Positions 24,461-35,397 of a stretch of 64,000 nt of DNA are shown piece by piece. Positions within the stretch are counted from its first letter, which is position 1, and every line of letters begins with the position of its first letter. Made by a program: the position numbers and the translations under genes. Below the pieces are notes generated by a model that did no database searches, was not told the origin of the DNA, and saw nothing but the letters and a program-made list of their open reading frames with translations. The DNA comes from Patescibacteria group bacterium (GTDB taxonomy: Bacteria; Patescibacteriota; Patescibacteriia; UBA9934). The stretch is taken from assembly GCA_018062825.1 (NCBI GenBank), contig JAGORL010000001.1, forward strand, positions 314,758 to 378,757, written 5' to 3'.

Positions 24461-27400
24461 CTACTGCATGAGTCGACCTGGGCCAAGTGGGTCGTAACCG
24501 TACTTCACCTCAATGCCGTCATCGTAGCCATCACCATCTGTGTCACGTTTCCTAGGATCGGTTTGCATCATGAGCTCTGTTTGATCCCAGAGGCCATCGC
24601 CGTCGGTATCAATCTCGAGCATGAATGGTGCGGTACCTGGGCCAAGTGGATCATAGCCACTGCGCACTTCAAGACCGTCATCATAACCGTCATCGTCACT
24701 GTCAGTACTTGTTGGATCAGTACCCATGAGGCGCTCGATAGCGTCACGCAGGCCATCGCCGTCATAGTCGGCATTGAGAAGCGTTGGGTTGAGTCCAGGA
24801 CCAAGCGGATTGTAGCCATTGAGAAGCTCGATCTGGTCATTGTAACCATCGTCATCTGAGTCTGGGTTAGCAAGATCAAGACCAAGGAATGATTCTTCGT
24901 GATCAGCAACACCGTCTTCGTCGTAGTCGGTGGTGATAACGATGCGCTCAGGGAAGGAAAGATCAACGATCTTGTCACTACCAACCGCAAGGTGAGAATC
25001 ATGCCACAAGATGGTGTCTACCTTTGGCTGGCCCTCGTAGTACACAGCCATACCAATCTGGTGGTGCCACGAGGCTTCCATTGGGCGAACCGAGATGGTA
25101 ACGCTCAAGCAAGCACGTGGATCAACGTCGATCACAACGTCATCGTAGTCAAAGTCTGTTCCTTTGTCTTCAATGCCGTAGATCAGTGTTTCTCGCTCCG
25201 TACGAGTAACCGTAGCGTATTCAGAGAAGGCACTACGCTTGGTACCGTCCGGATTAATAATGTACAGGTCGTAGGTGATTGCCTGGTTGAGTGCTGCTCG
25301 GCGATACATGTGCTGCGCTGCGAGGAAATCCTCGTAGCCAGTGATGTCTGTGCCAAACGTGACGTCAAAGGTGTCTTGCGGGAACAGGGTGATCACATAG
25401 TCATACCACTCATCACCAAAGTTCGCTTCTGCGGCTTCCTCAGTTGCAAGCCAGCGCAGGGTGGCGGTTCCGGTATTGGCGCCATCGTCGGTAATAACGT
25501 AGACGCGCGGGCTTTCCGGGAACTTTACAAGAACCGAGTAAGCGCGAGGGAACATGAGTCCACCTGGAGTAGCTGCTGCAATGATTTCATCAGCAACGTA
25601 GGTGAAGGTACCGCAGCCATCTGAGTAACTTAGATAGGATTGCAAGTCAGGGAATGCGCGCAGCGTGCCGTCTTCTGTAATGAAGTACACAGCACTGTCA
25701 TCTTCGGTTCGTACAAACTGTTCGTTGCCATACTCAGGAATTTCTGGATCGGTAGGCGTCTCTGGGTCAGGAGTCACAGGTGAGGAACAGTCGGTAGTGG
25801 TATCTACCGTAATCGTATCGGTAAGTACCGTAGAGGTTGCGCCACTTGTGCTCTTGAACCGCACATACACCGTGCGGGTGCCGTCACCCGTATCAAGAAG
25901 GGTCCAGGGAACTGTCATGGTGTAAATCTTCTTGCCGTCGGTGCCGGTTGGGGTAGGGGCGTCCTCATCCGCCACGAAGGCTGTCCAAGTTGAGCCTGCA
26001 AATGAACTATCGTTTGAGATCGTCACCTCGCTGGCGTTCGAAGCCTTCAGGGTGAGGGTTGCTAGTGGATCAGGCGTACATGGGTCACCAAGGTCAATGA
26101 TAACCGAGGCGTTACTCGTTTGAACCGGAGAAGGTCCACCTCCGCCACCGCCTCCACCTCCGCCACCGCCTGAAGTGTCGTTATCAATAACGCTCACGGC
26201 CTCGTTGCTGATTGAGATGTCGTCATAATCAAGATCTGCTGAGGCGGCGGAATGGGTAAAGATAGTTGCTTCTGGTGAGCTTTCATCTGTTCCGTCGTCA
26301 ACCGCGGTAACTGTCACGGTTTGTGGCGTATCCCAGTTAAGTGCAGTGAAGACAAGCGACGTGTCATCTGCGGTAGCATCGGCATTCTCGGTGATAGTGA
26401 TGGTAACGTCTGCCGTCGGCTCTGTATCAAGAACAATCGTGTAGGTGTCGGTTGCGCCACCCTCAGTCACTTCTGAGGAAAGAGGGGAGACAGTCACTCC
26501 AGGCGTTGGTCCACCACCGGCGGCAGTGAAGTCGATACGTTCAACGACTGGACCGGCGCTAGTCTGGGTGTTGTTGTAAAGCGTAATGGCAATGTCTAGT
26601 GTATTTGTTGTAACAGCAGAGAAGCCATTAGCATGCGACCACTCGGACTCAGTCAGTCCTTCTACAAAAGCGCTATCCATTGGGCTGTTGCCGCTTTCTA
26701 CAGTGCCAAGTGAAATAGCGGCCTGCATGGTGTTGTCAGGTGAAGCAACCCAGATACCGGCATCATAGTAGTACCAATTACCATCAACGCCACCGTGATC
26801 TGCGGCAAGTCGAGAGGCGATCGTTTGCCAGCCGCCATCATGAACGACGAATGAATCGCGATCATCAAATGAGAAGCTGTAGTATGCGGCATTAACCTCA
26901 GCTGATGTGAAGTCAACGACATCCACCATAGAGATGCCGCTCCATGAGCTTACGTCTTCTTGACCAGCATCAGTGGTGACAACGGTGTAATACCTGGCGT
27001 ATGGGGAGTAATCTTCATCGAAGTGAAAAAGCGTCTCGTAAGTGGAATAGTACATGTCTGCTCCGCTGAATTCCGCAGAAAGAACGCCTGAGAACTGATG
27101 CTCGTCAGTAAGGGTGAGGTCGTCTATCCACTGTTCGCCAAGTCCTCCGGCATTCATTGAGGCGGTAAAGACACGTGTATCGTCACTAATGGCGATATCT
27201 GCAAGTCCGCCACCGATAACGGTATTTCCCGTCCAAAAACTCAGATCAAGCGGATCAATGACAAGTCCGTCAGCTAGTTCATCAAGTTCATTGAATATCA
27301 GTACTGCCTCAAAGATTGGATCGTACTCAATCACGTGTTCGTAGGAGAAGTAAAATGGCAGTTCAATGAGCGATGCTTCCACTGTTCCTCCAATCGGAGC

Positions 27401-30400
27401 AAGAGTGGTGGCGTCAAAACGTGCGATAGCAAAACCATTATTAACAACAACCCAAAACTCATCATTAATCGGCTCGTAAGTAAGGTAGCGAGCCTCCCAT
27501 GATCCCTGAGAAGGGTCATGCCCGCTAATAGTGAAGGCAAGCGACTGCGTATCGTCGATGGATCCATCGACAGGATCAATTAACATGAGTTCATTGGAGA
27601 AATACGTGGTAGCAACCATCTGATCAATATCAGCAAAATAGTAGATGCTATTGATGTCGGAGACAGGGTAGGTAGCAAAGAGTGTGCCAGTGGTGGCATT
27701 GTAAACATCAACTTCATCATACTGCTTGACCCACACACGCTCACGCACGGTATCAATGGCAAAATCAAAGCTTTCACCAAAAAGATCAACCTCAAGATCG
27801 ATAGCGTAGAGCTCGGTGTCTGTATCTGGATCAATGGCACTGAGCGATGCATTTTCAGAGAAGCTATAACCACGAAGTACCCAGAGCACACCGTCATTCG
27901 GGTTCACTTTAATGTCAGCGATCTGTGAACTACCCTCCCCGGCGCCACCTTCAAAAGTAGTATAGCCAGCTACTGTTAGCCCGACATCATCATTGGTAAG
28001 TTCAAGAAGGCCTGTTTCAAGTGACGTACAGAATATCTCCTCGAGAGTGCCGCCTGTATCAGGATATGGAGCCGCTTCACCTGGGTCAGCGCCAACGCTT
28101 GAAGCATCATCGAGCGTGGCATATTGATCGCCATCAATATACTGATGACAAGAGGGAAGGTGCTTTACTTCAGAAGTTACATCCTCATGCGCCCATTCGC
28201 TAGTGCTATCGAAGTCAAAAACAGCAGTCCCGCCATCATTGTCGGCGTTGATCATGAGGAGATCCGCAGGATCAAAGCCATTGTATCGAGTGTCCGCGGA
28301 CGTAGCGGCACCGAGGGTGACGGTGTACTCAATGCCCGCATCGTTGAGGAGGTCATTTTGACCGGTAACAGTGATCGTTTGCGCAACGTTCCAGTTAGCA
28401 GGGGTGAAGGTAAGTGATGACGGGCTCACTGTTCCCTCGGACGTATCTGTAGAGGAAACAGCAATGGTGACGTTGGCGGTTGGCGATCCTGACAGTACAA
28501 CATCAATTTCATGAGTACCTCCAGCCTCTGTTGTAGAGCCAAAATTTTGAATCGGTAAAATAAAACCAGGGTAGTTGAAGATAATCCCAGAAGTATTGCC
28601 ACTGTCGGCGCAGCCAATGTGACACTGAATATCTGTGCCACTTATTTGGTCAATATCTTGGATGTCAGCATGGTGAAGCATGACGGTGCCAAGTGGTTCA
28701 AAGTTTGCGGGCACGCCAGGCGTTGCGGATGCAAATTGAAGCTTCGGTGTAGGCGTATCATTTGCGATGCCCTTGGTTCGAAAATCACCATTCACCGTGA
28801 AGGTATCGCCTGCTGTTATAAGAAGTTCATTATCAGTATTCGTTTCCCAATAAACTTCAAAATCATTTACCTCGATATCGCCAGTGATGACGTGAGAAAC
28901 GGTAGACGGTCCATTAACGTTACGCTTCATGGATATGTAGCCACTCGTGGTATCAAATGTTGCCGAGGCACCCTTGCTCAAACTATCAGAAATAATAATG
29001 AGTCCGTCGCCGGCATCAAAGCTACCATCGGTAATAAGAAGACTACCGCCAATATCGAGCGTTTCACCGGTTCCAGGGCCGTTAGCTGATGCTGAGGCGT
29101 TATTCAGCTGAAGGCCAGGTAAGTAAGCGATGGTGTTGGCGTAGTCGAGCGTAAGCGTTGTTGCTCCGGAGATGCGAATCAAGCCGGTACCTCCAAAGCC
29201 GACTATCTGCCCAATATTTGCATCAAGCACAACGGTATCTCCGGAAACAGCAACAGTTCCGTCGTTAAGCGTTCCTCCATCCATCATGAAGGAATTTTCA
29301 ACGTTGACAGTATCTCCGGTACCGATATTGGTGGCACCAAAGCTTTTATCAATGTGAAAATCGTAGAGATCGATCGAGTTAACAACATCGATGTCAATTT
29401 GATTGTTACCATCAACGACAAGTGAACCGTTGTTGTGCATGAAAGTCGCGTCATCGCTTATGGATAATCCAGAGGTTCCAAACTGCGCAGAGATATACAT
29501 GGTCGCCGATGGCGCAGTGAATGCCGCGTCTCCCGACAATGTGACGTCACCATTGTTGAAATCAAGGTTTCCGGCGCCACCAGTAAAGGTACCGGTAGTC
29601 ATGGTAAGCGGTCCATCAAAAAGAACGGTGCCAGAGGATGGTCCTACTATTTCACGAGTGGAATCTACGATGAGTTCTGGCATTTGACCGTTGCCAACAA
29701 GCGTAATGTCACTCGCGCCATTTGTAACGTGAATCTGACCGCCACCTCCATCAAAAGTACTGGAATGGATGAGGTCGCCAGATGTAACTTCAAGAACAAT
29801 GTTGCAAAGGTTACCGTTCGTAAGGGTGAGCGTACCAAAGATGACCCACGTTGGGCCGTCACCAGATGACAAACAGTCAATGTCGGAATCCCAAGCAACC
29901 GTAATGCTATCGAATGTTGGATCGGGATTGATGAGCGATGTCCCGCCATTGCCATCAAAGATAATCGTGCCAGTATCAGGATCAAAGTTCACGAACTCAT
30001 CAACAGCTGTAATTGATTCTAATGTTAGATTACTTGTAGGTATAGTAAAACCGGCGGTGTCAGTGAGTACTAAGTCATGAATAATGGTGAGATTGCCGGC
30101 GTCACCAATGAATGTGCCGTCACTCATTATAAAATCATTATCAATTTGTACGGTGCCAGAAGACGGACCAAGGATGTTACGGTCAACACTTAAGTTTATA
30201 GTTGGCATGAAGCCACCAGGAACGAGGACAATATCGGTGCTGCCGGCAGTAATAGTAAGAGTGCCGCCATTGCTTTCACCGCCATCAAAGGTGGCAGTAT
30301 GTACAATCTCAGCTTGAGCCTCAATCGTACCGGTGCTGATATTGCCGTTTGTGAGCGTGAGTTCGCCAGTGACAATCAGGGTGTCGCCGCTTGAAACAAT

Positions 30401-31012
30401 AAGAAAAATGTTCGATCCGACCATGGCTAATTCCATGTCGTTAAAAGTCTCCGTAACGTTCACGTTCACGGTGCGATTTGCTGAGCCGTCAAACTCAAAC
30501 TTACCGCTATTATGATTGAATATGCCGCCCGCGGTATGGGTAAAGTTATTATCAATGAAAAATGTGCCCGAAGTTGAGGTAAACGTACCTCCAGCTAAAG
30601 TAAACGTACCATTGAGGTCAATATCTGTAGTGCCTCCAAGGAACGTTCCAGCATCCTGAGCAAAATTTCCACTACCAATAGTAAGTGTTGCACCAAGGCT
30701 ATTGGTAATAGTGCCCGAATACCCAGAGTTGATATCAATACCCTGAATGCTACCGGTAAAAGTAGCATCAATGGTGGCATCTTTTGAGGAAGTGCCATCA
30801 AAGGTAGCGACATCGCCAGCGCCTGGCTCGGTATCGCTGCTCCAGTTTGCGTCCTCGCTCCAGTTGTTGGTAGCGCCGCCACCATCCCAGGTGCGAACTG
30901 CGGCAAAAGCCCCAGTTGGAGCAAGGAGTACAAGGCCAAAGACAGCACCGAGCCCAGCGAGAATTGCGAGGCGAAGGGTGGGTAAAAGGCGGGGGGAGAA
31001 AGATGACATCAT
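24461..31012 (-). CDS. Giant secreted cell-surface repeat protein (2183 aa): N-terminal signal peptide, beta-helix-like Gly/Thr-rich repeats, two Calx-beta-like domains, a Gly12 run, and C-terminal thrombospondin type-3 calcium-binding repeats.
   Basis: Signal peptide ...LLAPTGAFAA. Calx-beta-like segments end ...INADNDGG and ...VIDNDTSGGGGGGGGGGGG. TSP3-like repeats include DSDDDGYNDQIELLNGYNPLGPG, DSDDDGYDDGLEV and DTDGDGYDDGIEV. AAGAGG RBS. Confidence 0.7.
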   Translation of the reverse strand: MMSSFSPRLLPTLRLAILAGLGAVFGLVLLAPTGAFAAVRTWDGGGATNNWSEDANWSSDTEPGAGDVATFDGTSSKDATIDATFTGSIQGIDINSGYSGTITNSLGATLTIGSGNFAQDAGTFLGGTTDIDLNGTFTLAGGTFTSTSGTFFIDNNFTHTAGGIFNHNSGKFEFDGSANRTVNVNVTETFNDMELAMVGSNIFLIVSSGDTLIVTGELTLTNGNISTGTIEAQAEIVHTATFDGGESNGGTLTITAGSTDIVLVPGGFMPTINLSVDRNILGPSSGTVQIDNDFIMSDGTFIGDAGNLTIIHDLVLTDTAGFTIPTSNLTLESITAVDEFVNFDPDTGTIIFDGNGGTSLINPDPTFDSITVAWDSDIDCLSSGDGPTWVIFGTLTLTNGNLCNIVLEVTSGDLIHSSTFDGGGGQIHVTNGASDITLVGNGQMPELIVDSTREIVGPSSGTVLFDGPLTMTTGTFTGGAGNLDFNNGDVTLSGDAAFTAPSATMYISAQFGTSGLSISDDATFMHNNGSLVVDGNNQIDIDVVNSIDLYDFHIDKSFGATNIGTGDTVNVENSFMMDGGTLNDGTVAVSGDTVVLDANIGQIVGFGGTGLIRISGATTLTLDYANTIAYLPGLQLNNASASANGPGTGETLDIGGSLLITDGSFDAGDGLIIISDSLSKGASATFDTTSGYISMKRNVNGPSTVSHVITGDIEVNDFEVYWETNTDNELLITAGDTFTVNGDFRTKGIANDTPTPKLQFASATPGVPANFEPLGTVMLHHADIQDIDQISGTDIQCHIGCADSGNTSGIIFNYPGFILPIQNFGSTTEAGGTHEIDVVLSGSPTANVTIAVSSTDTSEGTVSPSSLTFTPANWNVAQTITVTGQNDLLNDAGIEYTVTLGAATSADTRYNGFDPADLLMINADNDGGTAVFDFDSTSEWAHEDVTSEVKHLPSCHQYIDGDQYATLDDASSVGADPGEAAPYPDTGGTLEEIFCTSLETGLLELTNDDVGLTVAGYTTFEGGAGEGSSQIADIKVNPNDGVLWVLRGYSFSENASLSAIDPDTDTELYAIDLEVDLFGESFDFAIDTVRERVWVKQYDEVDVYNATTGTLFATYPVSDINSIYYFADIDQMVATTYFSNELMLIDPVDGSIDDTQSLAFTISGHDPSQGSWEARYLTYEPINDEFWVVVNNGFAIARFDATTLAPIGGTVEASLIELPFYFSYEHVIEYDPIFEAVLIFNELDELADGLVIDPLDLSFWTGNTVIGGGLADIAISDDTRVFTASMNAGGLGEQWIDDLTLTDEHQFSGVLSAEFSGADMYYSTYETLFHFDEDYSPYARYYTVVTTDAGQEDVSSWSGISMVDVVDFTSAEVNAAYYSFSFDDRDSFVVHDGGWQTIASRLAADHGGVDGNWYYYDAGIWVASPDNTMQAAISLGTVESGNSPMDSAFVEGLTESEWSHANGFSAVTTNTLDIAITLYNNTQTSAGPVVERIDFTAAGGGPTPGVTVSPLSSEVTEGGATDTYTIVLDTEPTADVTITITENADATADDTSLVFTALNWDTPQTVTVTAVDDGTDESSPEATIFTHSAASADLDYDDISISNEAVSVIDNDTSGGGGGGGGGGGGPSPVQTSNASVIIDLGDPCTPDPLATLTLKASNASEVTISNDSSFAGSTWTAFVADEDAPTPTGTDGKKIYTMTVPWTLLDTGDGTRTVYVRFKSTSGATSTVLTDTITVDTTTDCSSPVTPDPETPTDPEIPEYGNEQFVRTEDDSAVYFITEDGTLRAFPDLQSYLSYSDGCGTFTYVADEIIAAATPGGLMFPRAYSVLVKFPESPRVYVITDDGANTGTATLRWLATEEAAEANFGDEWYDYVITLFPQDTFDVTFGTDITGYEDFLAAQHMYRRAALNQAITYDLYIINPDGTKRSAFSEYATVTRTERETLIYGIEDKGTDFDYDDVVIDVDPRACLSVTISVRPMEASWHHQIGMAVYYEGQPKVDTILWHDSHLAVGSDKIVDLSFPERIVITTDYDEDGVADHEESFLGLDLANPDSDDDGYNDQIELLNGYNPLGPGLNPTLLNADYDGDGLRDAIERLMGTDPTSTDSDDDGYDDGLEVRSGYDPLGPGTAPFMLEIDTDGDGLWDQTELMMQTDPRKRDTDGDGYDDGIEVKYGYDPLGPGRLMQ

Positions 31013-31039
31013 AATGCCTCTTAGTATACGGCAGAAAAA

Positions 31040-31070
31040 TAAAAAAACCGGGGCTTTTCCCCAGTTTTTA
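31040..31070 (-). terminator. Intrinsic terminator after the cobW-like gene.
   Basis: Minus-strand read: CTGGGG-aaaag-CCCCGG followed by TTTTTTTATTTTT. Confidence 0.55.
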
Positions 31071-31079
31071 TTTGGATTT

Positions 31080-32024
31080 TTATTGCTCGCACTCGGTAAA
31101 GGCAGGTGTAAATTCAGCCGATGTGATATTTGTCCCGATTAGTACTAAATCACTGCGTTTTTCTTCATCTTCACGCCAAGGTCGATCAGGCAGAAGTTCA
31201 AAATCAAACTGCACACCTTGAAAAACAAACCGTTCAGCTCGATCAGCAATGAAGAAAACGCCCTTATACCGTAAGAGCCGATCACCATTAGCGACCAGGT
31301 GCTCGCCGATAAACCGAGATACCTTCGCTAGCTCAAGTGGCTTGGTGGTTTTCAAGTGAACAGAGGTGATGTCGCTGTGCTGGTGACCATGGCCCGTGAG
31401 TTTGGCGTGCGGGCGGTTTTCGAGCGCCGGTAGATCAGCGTCAAGAAGAATGGCGGGATCAATCGCGCCACGCACCGCCTCGGCGACTACGGCTGCGGGA
31501 TTAAGTTCCGCAACAAGTTCGCGAACGGTTGCGGCGGGGGAGGCATTCGGTGCATCAAGCTTGGTAATAATCACAACGTCGGCGGTTGCGATCTGTTGTT
31601 CAGCTTCAACCGTATCCAAAAGTCGCTGCGCAATCGTTGTGGCGTCTACAAGAGTAACAATGGCATCGAGTTGAAAGTGTTTCTCTAAACTCGGTCGATT
31701 TAAAAATGCCTTAGCAAGCGGCAGGGGATCAGCTAGACCGGTTGTTTCAATGATAACGCGTTCAAAGTCTTTATTGCTCGCCATGAGTGTCGCCATCGCT
31801 TGGGCAACGTCACCCATAGCTGCGCAGCATACGGCGCCACCACTGATTTCAACCATGCCATTTTGAGCGCCATCAAGAAGGGCGCCATCAATGCCGGCAT
31901 CACCAAACTCATTCACTACAACCGCAAACTTTCGCCCGGCGTTCTCTTTGAGGAGGCGATTGAGAAGAGTTGTTTTTCCAGCTCCGAGAAAGCCAGTGAG
32001 AATTGTGACGGGAATGCGTTTCAC
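31080..32024 (-). CDS. COG0523 (CobW/YjiA/ZigA-like) G3E-family GTPase metallochaperone.
   Basis: P-loop [16 protein letters not shown] Cys cluster ([11 protein letters not shown]) in the CxCC position. C-terminal CobW_C-like domain. Confidence 0.7.
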   Translation of the reverse strand: MKRIPVTILTGFLGAGKTTLLNRLLKENAGRKFAVVVNEFGDAGIDGALLDGAQNGMVEISGGAVCCAAMGDVAQAMATLMASNKDFERVIIETTGLADPLPLAKAFLNRPSLEKHFQLDAIVTLVDATTIAQRLLDTVEAEQQIATADVVIITKLDAPNASPAATVRELVAELNPAAVVAEAVRGAIDPAILLDADLPALENRPHAKLTGHGHQHSDITSVHLKTTKPLELAKVSRFIGEHLVANGDRLLRYKGVFFIADRAERFVFQGVQFDFELLPDRPWREDEEKRSDLVLIGTNITSAEFTPAFTECEQ

Positions 32025-32057
32025 AGCTTTAATCTTTTAACTTTAATCTTGAATCAC

Positions 32058-33830
32058 TTACGACACCATCCGGAGCCACTGCTCCTCAAGTCTACCAATC
32101 TCTTCCGTAAGTTCAGTGAGGCGGCGGGATTTTTCCGGGGCGTAATCAGTAGGGTTCTCAAAAAAGTAGGCGAGGAGCTCACTTTTTTCTTTTTCAAGCG
32201 TTGCAATCTGCGCCTGTAGGCGATCAAGCGTCTTGCGGCGCTCTTTGGCGACCAGTCGCGCTTCCTGACGCGCTCGCAACTCTTCCTCAGATGCAGTATT
32301 TTGCGACGCAACGTCTACGCGTTGCTCCGCATGGTTGCGCTGCGCGACATCGGCCACGTACTCCTCATATGACCCAGTGTAATGCTTGAGCGTTCCGTTT
32401 CGTACTTCGTAAATTCTGTCAGCGAGGGCGTTTACAAAGGTACGAGCGTGGGAAATGAAGATCACTGTGCCGCCATATTCCTTCAAGGCAAGAGCAAGGG
32501 CTTCGGCGGTCTCAACGTCTAAGTGGTTAGTTGGCTCATCAAGCAAGAGAACACTATGTTCATGCAGAAGAATTCCAGCCAAGCACAGGCGCGCGCGTTC
32601 GCCACCAGAAAGGACGTTTGTGCGTTTCTCAAGATCGTCATTTCGAAAAAGAAAATTTCCCGCCATCATCAAGATTCGCTCGCCAGGAGCCTGAAGCGGC
32701 GCCATTCGAGTCAAATAACTCAACACGGTCTCGTCCGGAAGCAAGGTCGCATCAGTTTTCTGATCGTAGTAACCAATATCGGCTTTATGCCACCACTTCG
32801 CTTGTCCGCTAAGTTCCGGAATTCTGCCAGCAATCGTTTTGAGAAGCGTGGACTTACCCTGACCATTCTCACCGGCGATCACAACCTTTTCTCCACGTAT
32901 TACTTCAAACGTTATATTGTCACCAATAACTTTGTCGCCGTAACCGATGGTGAGTTTATCGCAACGAAGCGCTGTGCCGGCAATAAAGTGCGGCGTAGGA
33001 ATGGTGATACGAGTAGTGGCAAGATCGCTTTTCACCGCCGAAACTTGGGTACGCAGTTTAGCGATGTGCTTGATCTTGCTCTGCGCTCGTGAAGCTTGGC
33101 TTGCTTTAAAACGAAAACGGTCCACGAACGCTTGCTGATGGGCAATTTCTTTAGCGAGTTTTTTATTGGTACGACGCAAGAACTCTCGTTGCTCATCTTT
33201 GTACTCTAAATACTCTTCAACGCCGCCAGGGAATGTTGTTAGTTCACCGCGCTCAATTTCAAAGGTGGCATTACAAATATTCTGCAAAAACTCGCGGTCA
33301 TGCGCAGTCACTACAAAGCTACCGTTGTAGTCAGCTAAAAACTGCTCAAGCAAAAGAAGTGTTTGTAAATCAAGATAGTTAACAGGCTCGTCAAGAAGTA
33401 GGAGGGTAGGGTCTTGCAAGAGCATGGCTACAATCTTCAAGCGCATCTGATACCCACCAGAAAGTTCGCTTGGCTTTTTAGCAAGGTGCGCGAGCGTTAA
33501 TCCAAAGCGAGCAGCAAGTTTGCGAGTCTCCCAAGATGGTTTGCCGGACTTTTTTTCACAGTACTCCTCACAAGAAATGTCGCTCGGTAGTATTTCATGC
33601 TGAGCAACAAGGCCAAGCTGCGTCCATGGCAAGGTTTCAATCTCACCGCTATCGCGCTCTTCTAATCCCATCAGAATATTAAGAAGCGTTGATTTTCCAG
33701 CGCCATTTCGGCCGATCAAAGCGATCTTTTGGCCTTCTGAGATCGTGCAGGAGATATCCTCAAGAACCACCTGGCGTCCGTAGGTTTTGTGAAGATTATG
33801 GATGCTCAGGAGCGGTCGGGGCGTTGGCAT
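32058..33830 (-). CDS. ABC-F family ATPase (two ABC cassettes with an inter-domain linker and C-terminal coiled coil; Uup/EttA-like).
   Basis: Two Walker A motifs (GRNGAGKST; GENGQGKST) and two signature LSGG(E/Y) motifs. No TM domain. Start chosen at MPTPRPLLSIHNL. Confidence 0.8.
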   Translation of the reverse strand: MPTPRPLLSIHNLHKTYGRQVVLEDISCTISEGQKIALIGRNGAGKSTLLNILMGLEERDSGEIETLPWTQLGLVAQHEILPSDISCEEYCEKKSGKPSWETRKLAARFGLTLAHLAKKPSELSGGYQMRLKIVAMLLQDPTLLLLDEPVNYLDLQTLLLLEQFLADYNGSFVVTAHDREFLQNICNATFEIERGELTTFPGGVEEYLEYKDEQREFLRRTNKKLAKEIAHQQAFVDRFRFKASQASRAQSKIKHIAKLRTQVSAVKSDLATTRITIPTPHFIAGTALRCDKLTIGYGDKVIGDNITFEVIRGEKVVIAGENGQGKSTLLKTIAGRIPELSGQAKWWHKADIGYYDQKTDATLLPDETVLSYLTRMAPLQAPGERILMMAGNFLFRNDDLEKRTNVLSGGERARLCLAGILLHEHSVLLLDEPTNHLDVETAEALALALKEYGGTVIFISHARTFVNALADRIYEVRNGTLKHYTGSYEEYVADVAQRNHAEQRVDVASQNTASEEELRARQEARLVAKERRKTLDRLQAQIATLEKEKSELLAYFFENPTDYAPEKSRRLTELTEEIGRLEEQWLRMVS

Positions 33831-33936
33831 GATGGGGGAGTGTAGCAAGATCTTTACAAAGAGCCAAAAAAACATTAGTATACTGAGTTAAATCGCCTAC
33901 AATCCCTGTTGGCTGATTTGAACACTGGAGGAATCA

Positions 33937-34466
33937 TGGAGTTCTGGGTCATCGCTGCCGCGATCGCTACGATGGGCCTCGTGCTTGTCGTGTCGATCAC
34001 GATCGCTGCCGCCGCACTCATGTTCCTCTGGCGGCGGTTCACGGAAGGTGTCATGAGGGGTTTTGGCCTGGCGTACATGCCAATGCGGCAAGATTCCCCA
34101 CAGGAGCGAGCCTCGGCTCGGCTCGGTGAGGTGATGATTCCGCTGCGGCAAGAGTCTGCTGCGCCACGCCCAAGGACGGTGTCCCGTCTGGCTGGTGATC
34201 ACAAGCCTGCGCGCCCCCGGCTTGTGCCACAGGCGGTGGACGAAGACCGCACGAAGACGGTCGCCTTCTCACGCTACAACGCCGAAGACGACCAGGACAC
34301 CGAGAGCGACGAAGGTGGCCCGCGCAGCTGGAAGGCTGACGCGAACGACGGCCGTTCCAACATCTCGCTTGAAGGGGACATCACGCCCAGGCCCGCAGCC
34401 GGGCGCAAGGTGCTCCCGTTCACGCCCCCGACGAACTCCTTCCACGACCTGTTCCGGAGGAAGTGA
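33937..34466 (+). CDS. Hypothetical membrane-anchored protein (176 aa) in a GC-rich islet.
   Basis: GGAGG RBS 5 nt before the ATG. N-terminal TM helix followed by a low-complexity tail. Terminator at 34494-34530. Confidence 0.45.
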
Positions 34467-34493
34467 TTGCATTGCCCGCGCCCGGGAGATGCC

Positions 34494-34530
34494 AGGCCCC
34501 TCGTACTCAAGCGAGGGGTTTATTGTTTCT
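34494..34530 (+). terminator. Intrinsic terminator GCCCCTCG-tactcaag-CGAGGGG followed by TTTATTGTTTCT.
   Basis: Read directly from the sequence. Confidence 0.65.
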
Positions 34531-34585
34531 ATCGTGCACTTTACTCTTTTAACGTTACTCTTTAATCTACCCGCGGAGGTGCCCC

Positions 34586-35353
34586 ATGTCTGTTTGGCAT
34601 GCACGGTCAAAGTGCCCCGTGTGCGCAGGCACGGGGGAGAACGCCAGTTCGCCACTCAAGATCTGCGACGTCTGCTTGAGTCTTGGGTACATGTACAAGC
34701 CAAGCGCGGCCTTTCGAGAGCTCGGGCAAGCACTATGCGAGCGCCTGCGGTTTCTCGAGAAGACTACGCCGCCCTTGCCGATCGCGATTGTGATCGACGA
34801 AGTGACCGAGATCGATCGCCTCATTCGCGGCCTCGACGCCGAGACCGATCCGAACAGCACGATTATCGACTCACTCGCGAACGATATCCGCAACGGTCAG
34901 TTACGGCGCTATCTGCAGGAGCTCAAGAAGAAGCGCGATGAGGCGATCATCGACCTCCAGCTCCAGGTGGCGCTCCTGCCGCGTGAGCTCGGACAAGCGG
35001 TGATCCAAGCAGCACGCGGTCAGTACGCGGACGCCGAGCTCTTGTTTGCGAAGGCGCTACGCAAGTACGAGGAGGAAGCGGTGGTGCACTACCACTACGG
35101 CATGTACCTCATGTGCTACAAGCGCAAGTACAGGGAAGCACTCTGGCAACTGGAGAGCGCGGTACGCATCAATACACAAAGTCGAGCTGCTATTTACCTC
35201 GCCGCCGCCGACTGCGCGAGTGAAGTAGGTAGCCACAGCAAGGCTGAGATGTATTACGTGATGTGCACGATCGCTGATGACTTCGACGAACTCGACGAAG
35301 ACACGCAGCGTCGTGTCGAGTTCGTCGCTCGCGGCGACGGCATCGTCAACTAG
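34586..35353 (+). CDS. Hypothetical protein with an N-terminal zinc-ribbon (CPVC...CDVC) and a C-terminal TPR-like helical region, in a GC-rich islet.
   Basis: GGAGGTG RBS. CxxC-(18 aa)-CxxC arrangement. ~62% GC. Confidence 0.5.
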   Translation: MSVWHARSKCPVCAGTGENASSPLKICDVCLSLGYMYKPSAAFRELGQALCERLRFLEKTTPPLPIAIVIDEVTEIDRLIRGLDAETDPNSTIIDSLANDIRNGQLRRYLQELKKKRDEAIIDLQLQVALLPRELGQAVIQAARGQYADAELLFAKALRKYEEEAVVHYHYGMYLMCYKRKYREALWQLESAVRINTQSRAAIYLAAADCASEVGSHSKAEMYYVMCTIADDFDELDEDTQRRVEFVARGDGIVN

Positions 35354-35397
35354 TCCCTTGCATGTCGAAAGATGTGCGGGGACATTTTATTTAATGG

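Noticed and set aside
26134-26171. Short-period repeat (GGNGGNGGN...) that could look like a simple-sequence or CRISPR-like repeat.
   Set aside because: It is the coding sequence for a Gly12 linker inside the adhesin gene (antisense of GGC/GGT/GGA codons). No spacer-repeat architecture exists anywhere in the window.
24455-31142. Numerous 60-240-aa ORFs on both strands inside the giant adhesin gene (e.g. 24455-24859 +, 24899-25624 +, 30595-30948 -).
   Set aside because: All are embedded in, or antisense to, a 6.5-kb continuous ORF with signal peptide, RBS and domain content. Their translations are low-complexity and repetitive, typical of shadow frames in repeat-rich GC-biased coding DNA.
34195-34941. 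248-aa GC-rich ORF spanning two other genes.
   Set aside because: The translation is Arg/Pro/Thr-rich with no globular features. It overlaps both the RBS-supported gene 33937-34466 with its terminator and the RBS-supported gene 34586-35353. It is most likely a shadow frame of GC-rich DNA.
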